A stretch of DNA of 63,481 bases, filler included, from Reticulomyxa filosa (Eukaryota > Protista > Foraminifera), in the NCBI GenBank assembly GCA_000512085.1. It is 14 parts of 14 records of this genome, joined end to end, with 100 filler letters (N's around TTAATTAATTAA, not from the genome) between each part and the next. Parts side by side here need not be neighbours in the genome. Positions count along the whole stretch, not along the records: positions 62,141 to 63,481 come from ASPP01027869.1; 13 more parts are not named here. One strand, written 5' to 3'. Positions within the stretch are counted from its first letter, which is position 1. Each line of letters begins with the position of its first letter. Shown piece by piece: positions 63,059 through 63,481 of the stretch. The notes beneath the pieces are model-generated. The model did no database searches. It was not told the DNA's origin and worked only from the letters and a program-made list of their open reading frames with translations. Position numbers and translations under genes: made by a program.

Positions 63059-63481
63059 TTAAAAAATTCCACCATATTGTTCAACAACTGATGTCTGCAA
63101 AAGAGTTACACCTTTTGAACCTTTCCAAGTACTGCCCTTCAATGACAAACCAGTGCTTTGAACACCGCCTTGCCAAATGCATTTCCACAAAGACTTTTTA
63201 TCTTGTAAATCTGATACAAATTTTCTGTCATCCGCAACCAAAATTGAATCACTCGAAATATCAGACATGCCTGCAACGCGAGCAGAAAACGAATCATGCA
63301 AACGAACGGTTTTATCACACGAACCAGATACAATTCTGTTACCATCAGGTAAAAACTGAACAGAAGTAACATCATTTAAATTACCTTCTAAAGATTGGAT
63401 TTGTTTTCCAGATAATGCACCCCACAACCGAATGGTGTTATCATCTGAACCGGATACAATTCTGTTACCATCAGGTGAAAA
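63059..63481 (-). CDS. C-terminus of a WD40-repeat protein
   Basis: Near-identical PDGNRIVSGS.D.T.RL repeats 126 bp apart; tail LSLKG....KG....Q.GG. Confidence 0.8.
   Translation of the reverse strand, partial: FSPDGNRIVSGSDDNTIRLWGALSGKQIQSLEGNLNDVTSVQFLPDGNRIVSGSCDKTVRLHDSFSARVAGMSDISSDSILVADDRKFVSDLQDKKSLWKCIWQGGVQSTGLSLKGSTWKGSKGVTLLQTSVVEQYGGIF

Overview
This window is not one locus. It is 14 contigs joined by an artificial 100-nt linker (N44-TTAATTAATTAA-N44). Twelve contigs come from an AT-rich, intron-rich eukaryote with long homopolymer and microsatellite tracts. Their gene families (TRAF-RING, SPRY, WD40 and kelch remnants, HSPA12-like, 7TM-RGS) suggest a Reticulomyxa-like foraminiferan; this is inference only. 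Spliced by hand, they encode a TERT N-terminus (TEN domain), a Tudor-HNH fusion, HACD, a Cys-rich mucin-like membrane protein, ABHD13, a 7TM-RGS, a Cdc123/R2K-like ATP-grasp protein, a CC1-box coiled-coil protein, PCCB, a GPR157/cAR-like GPCR, TraB-domain, EF-hand, PEX3, HSPA12-like, SDR, aminotransferase, SAM-coiled-coil-FN3 and PWI proteins, plus LINE, WD40, kelch and SERCA remnants. Two GC-rich contigs are bacterial: an integrase-AlpA-primase element and a PAS/GGDEF sensor. The strongest unexplained signal is the splicing grammar. Donors mostly start GTT, seven read GTT(G/A/T)AGT (the GTRAGT consensus shifted by one nucleotide), and I found no GTRAGT donor. Many introns also lack a polypyrimidine tract, run from U-rich to A-rich, and contain self-complementary microsatellites. 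Scattered 1-nt frameshifts are probably assembly errors. All calls come from motif recognition by eye; no database searches were run.
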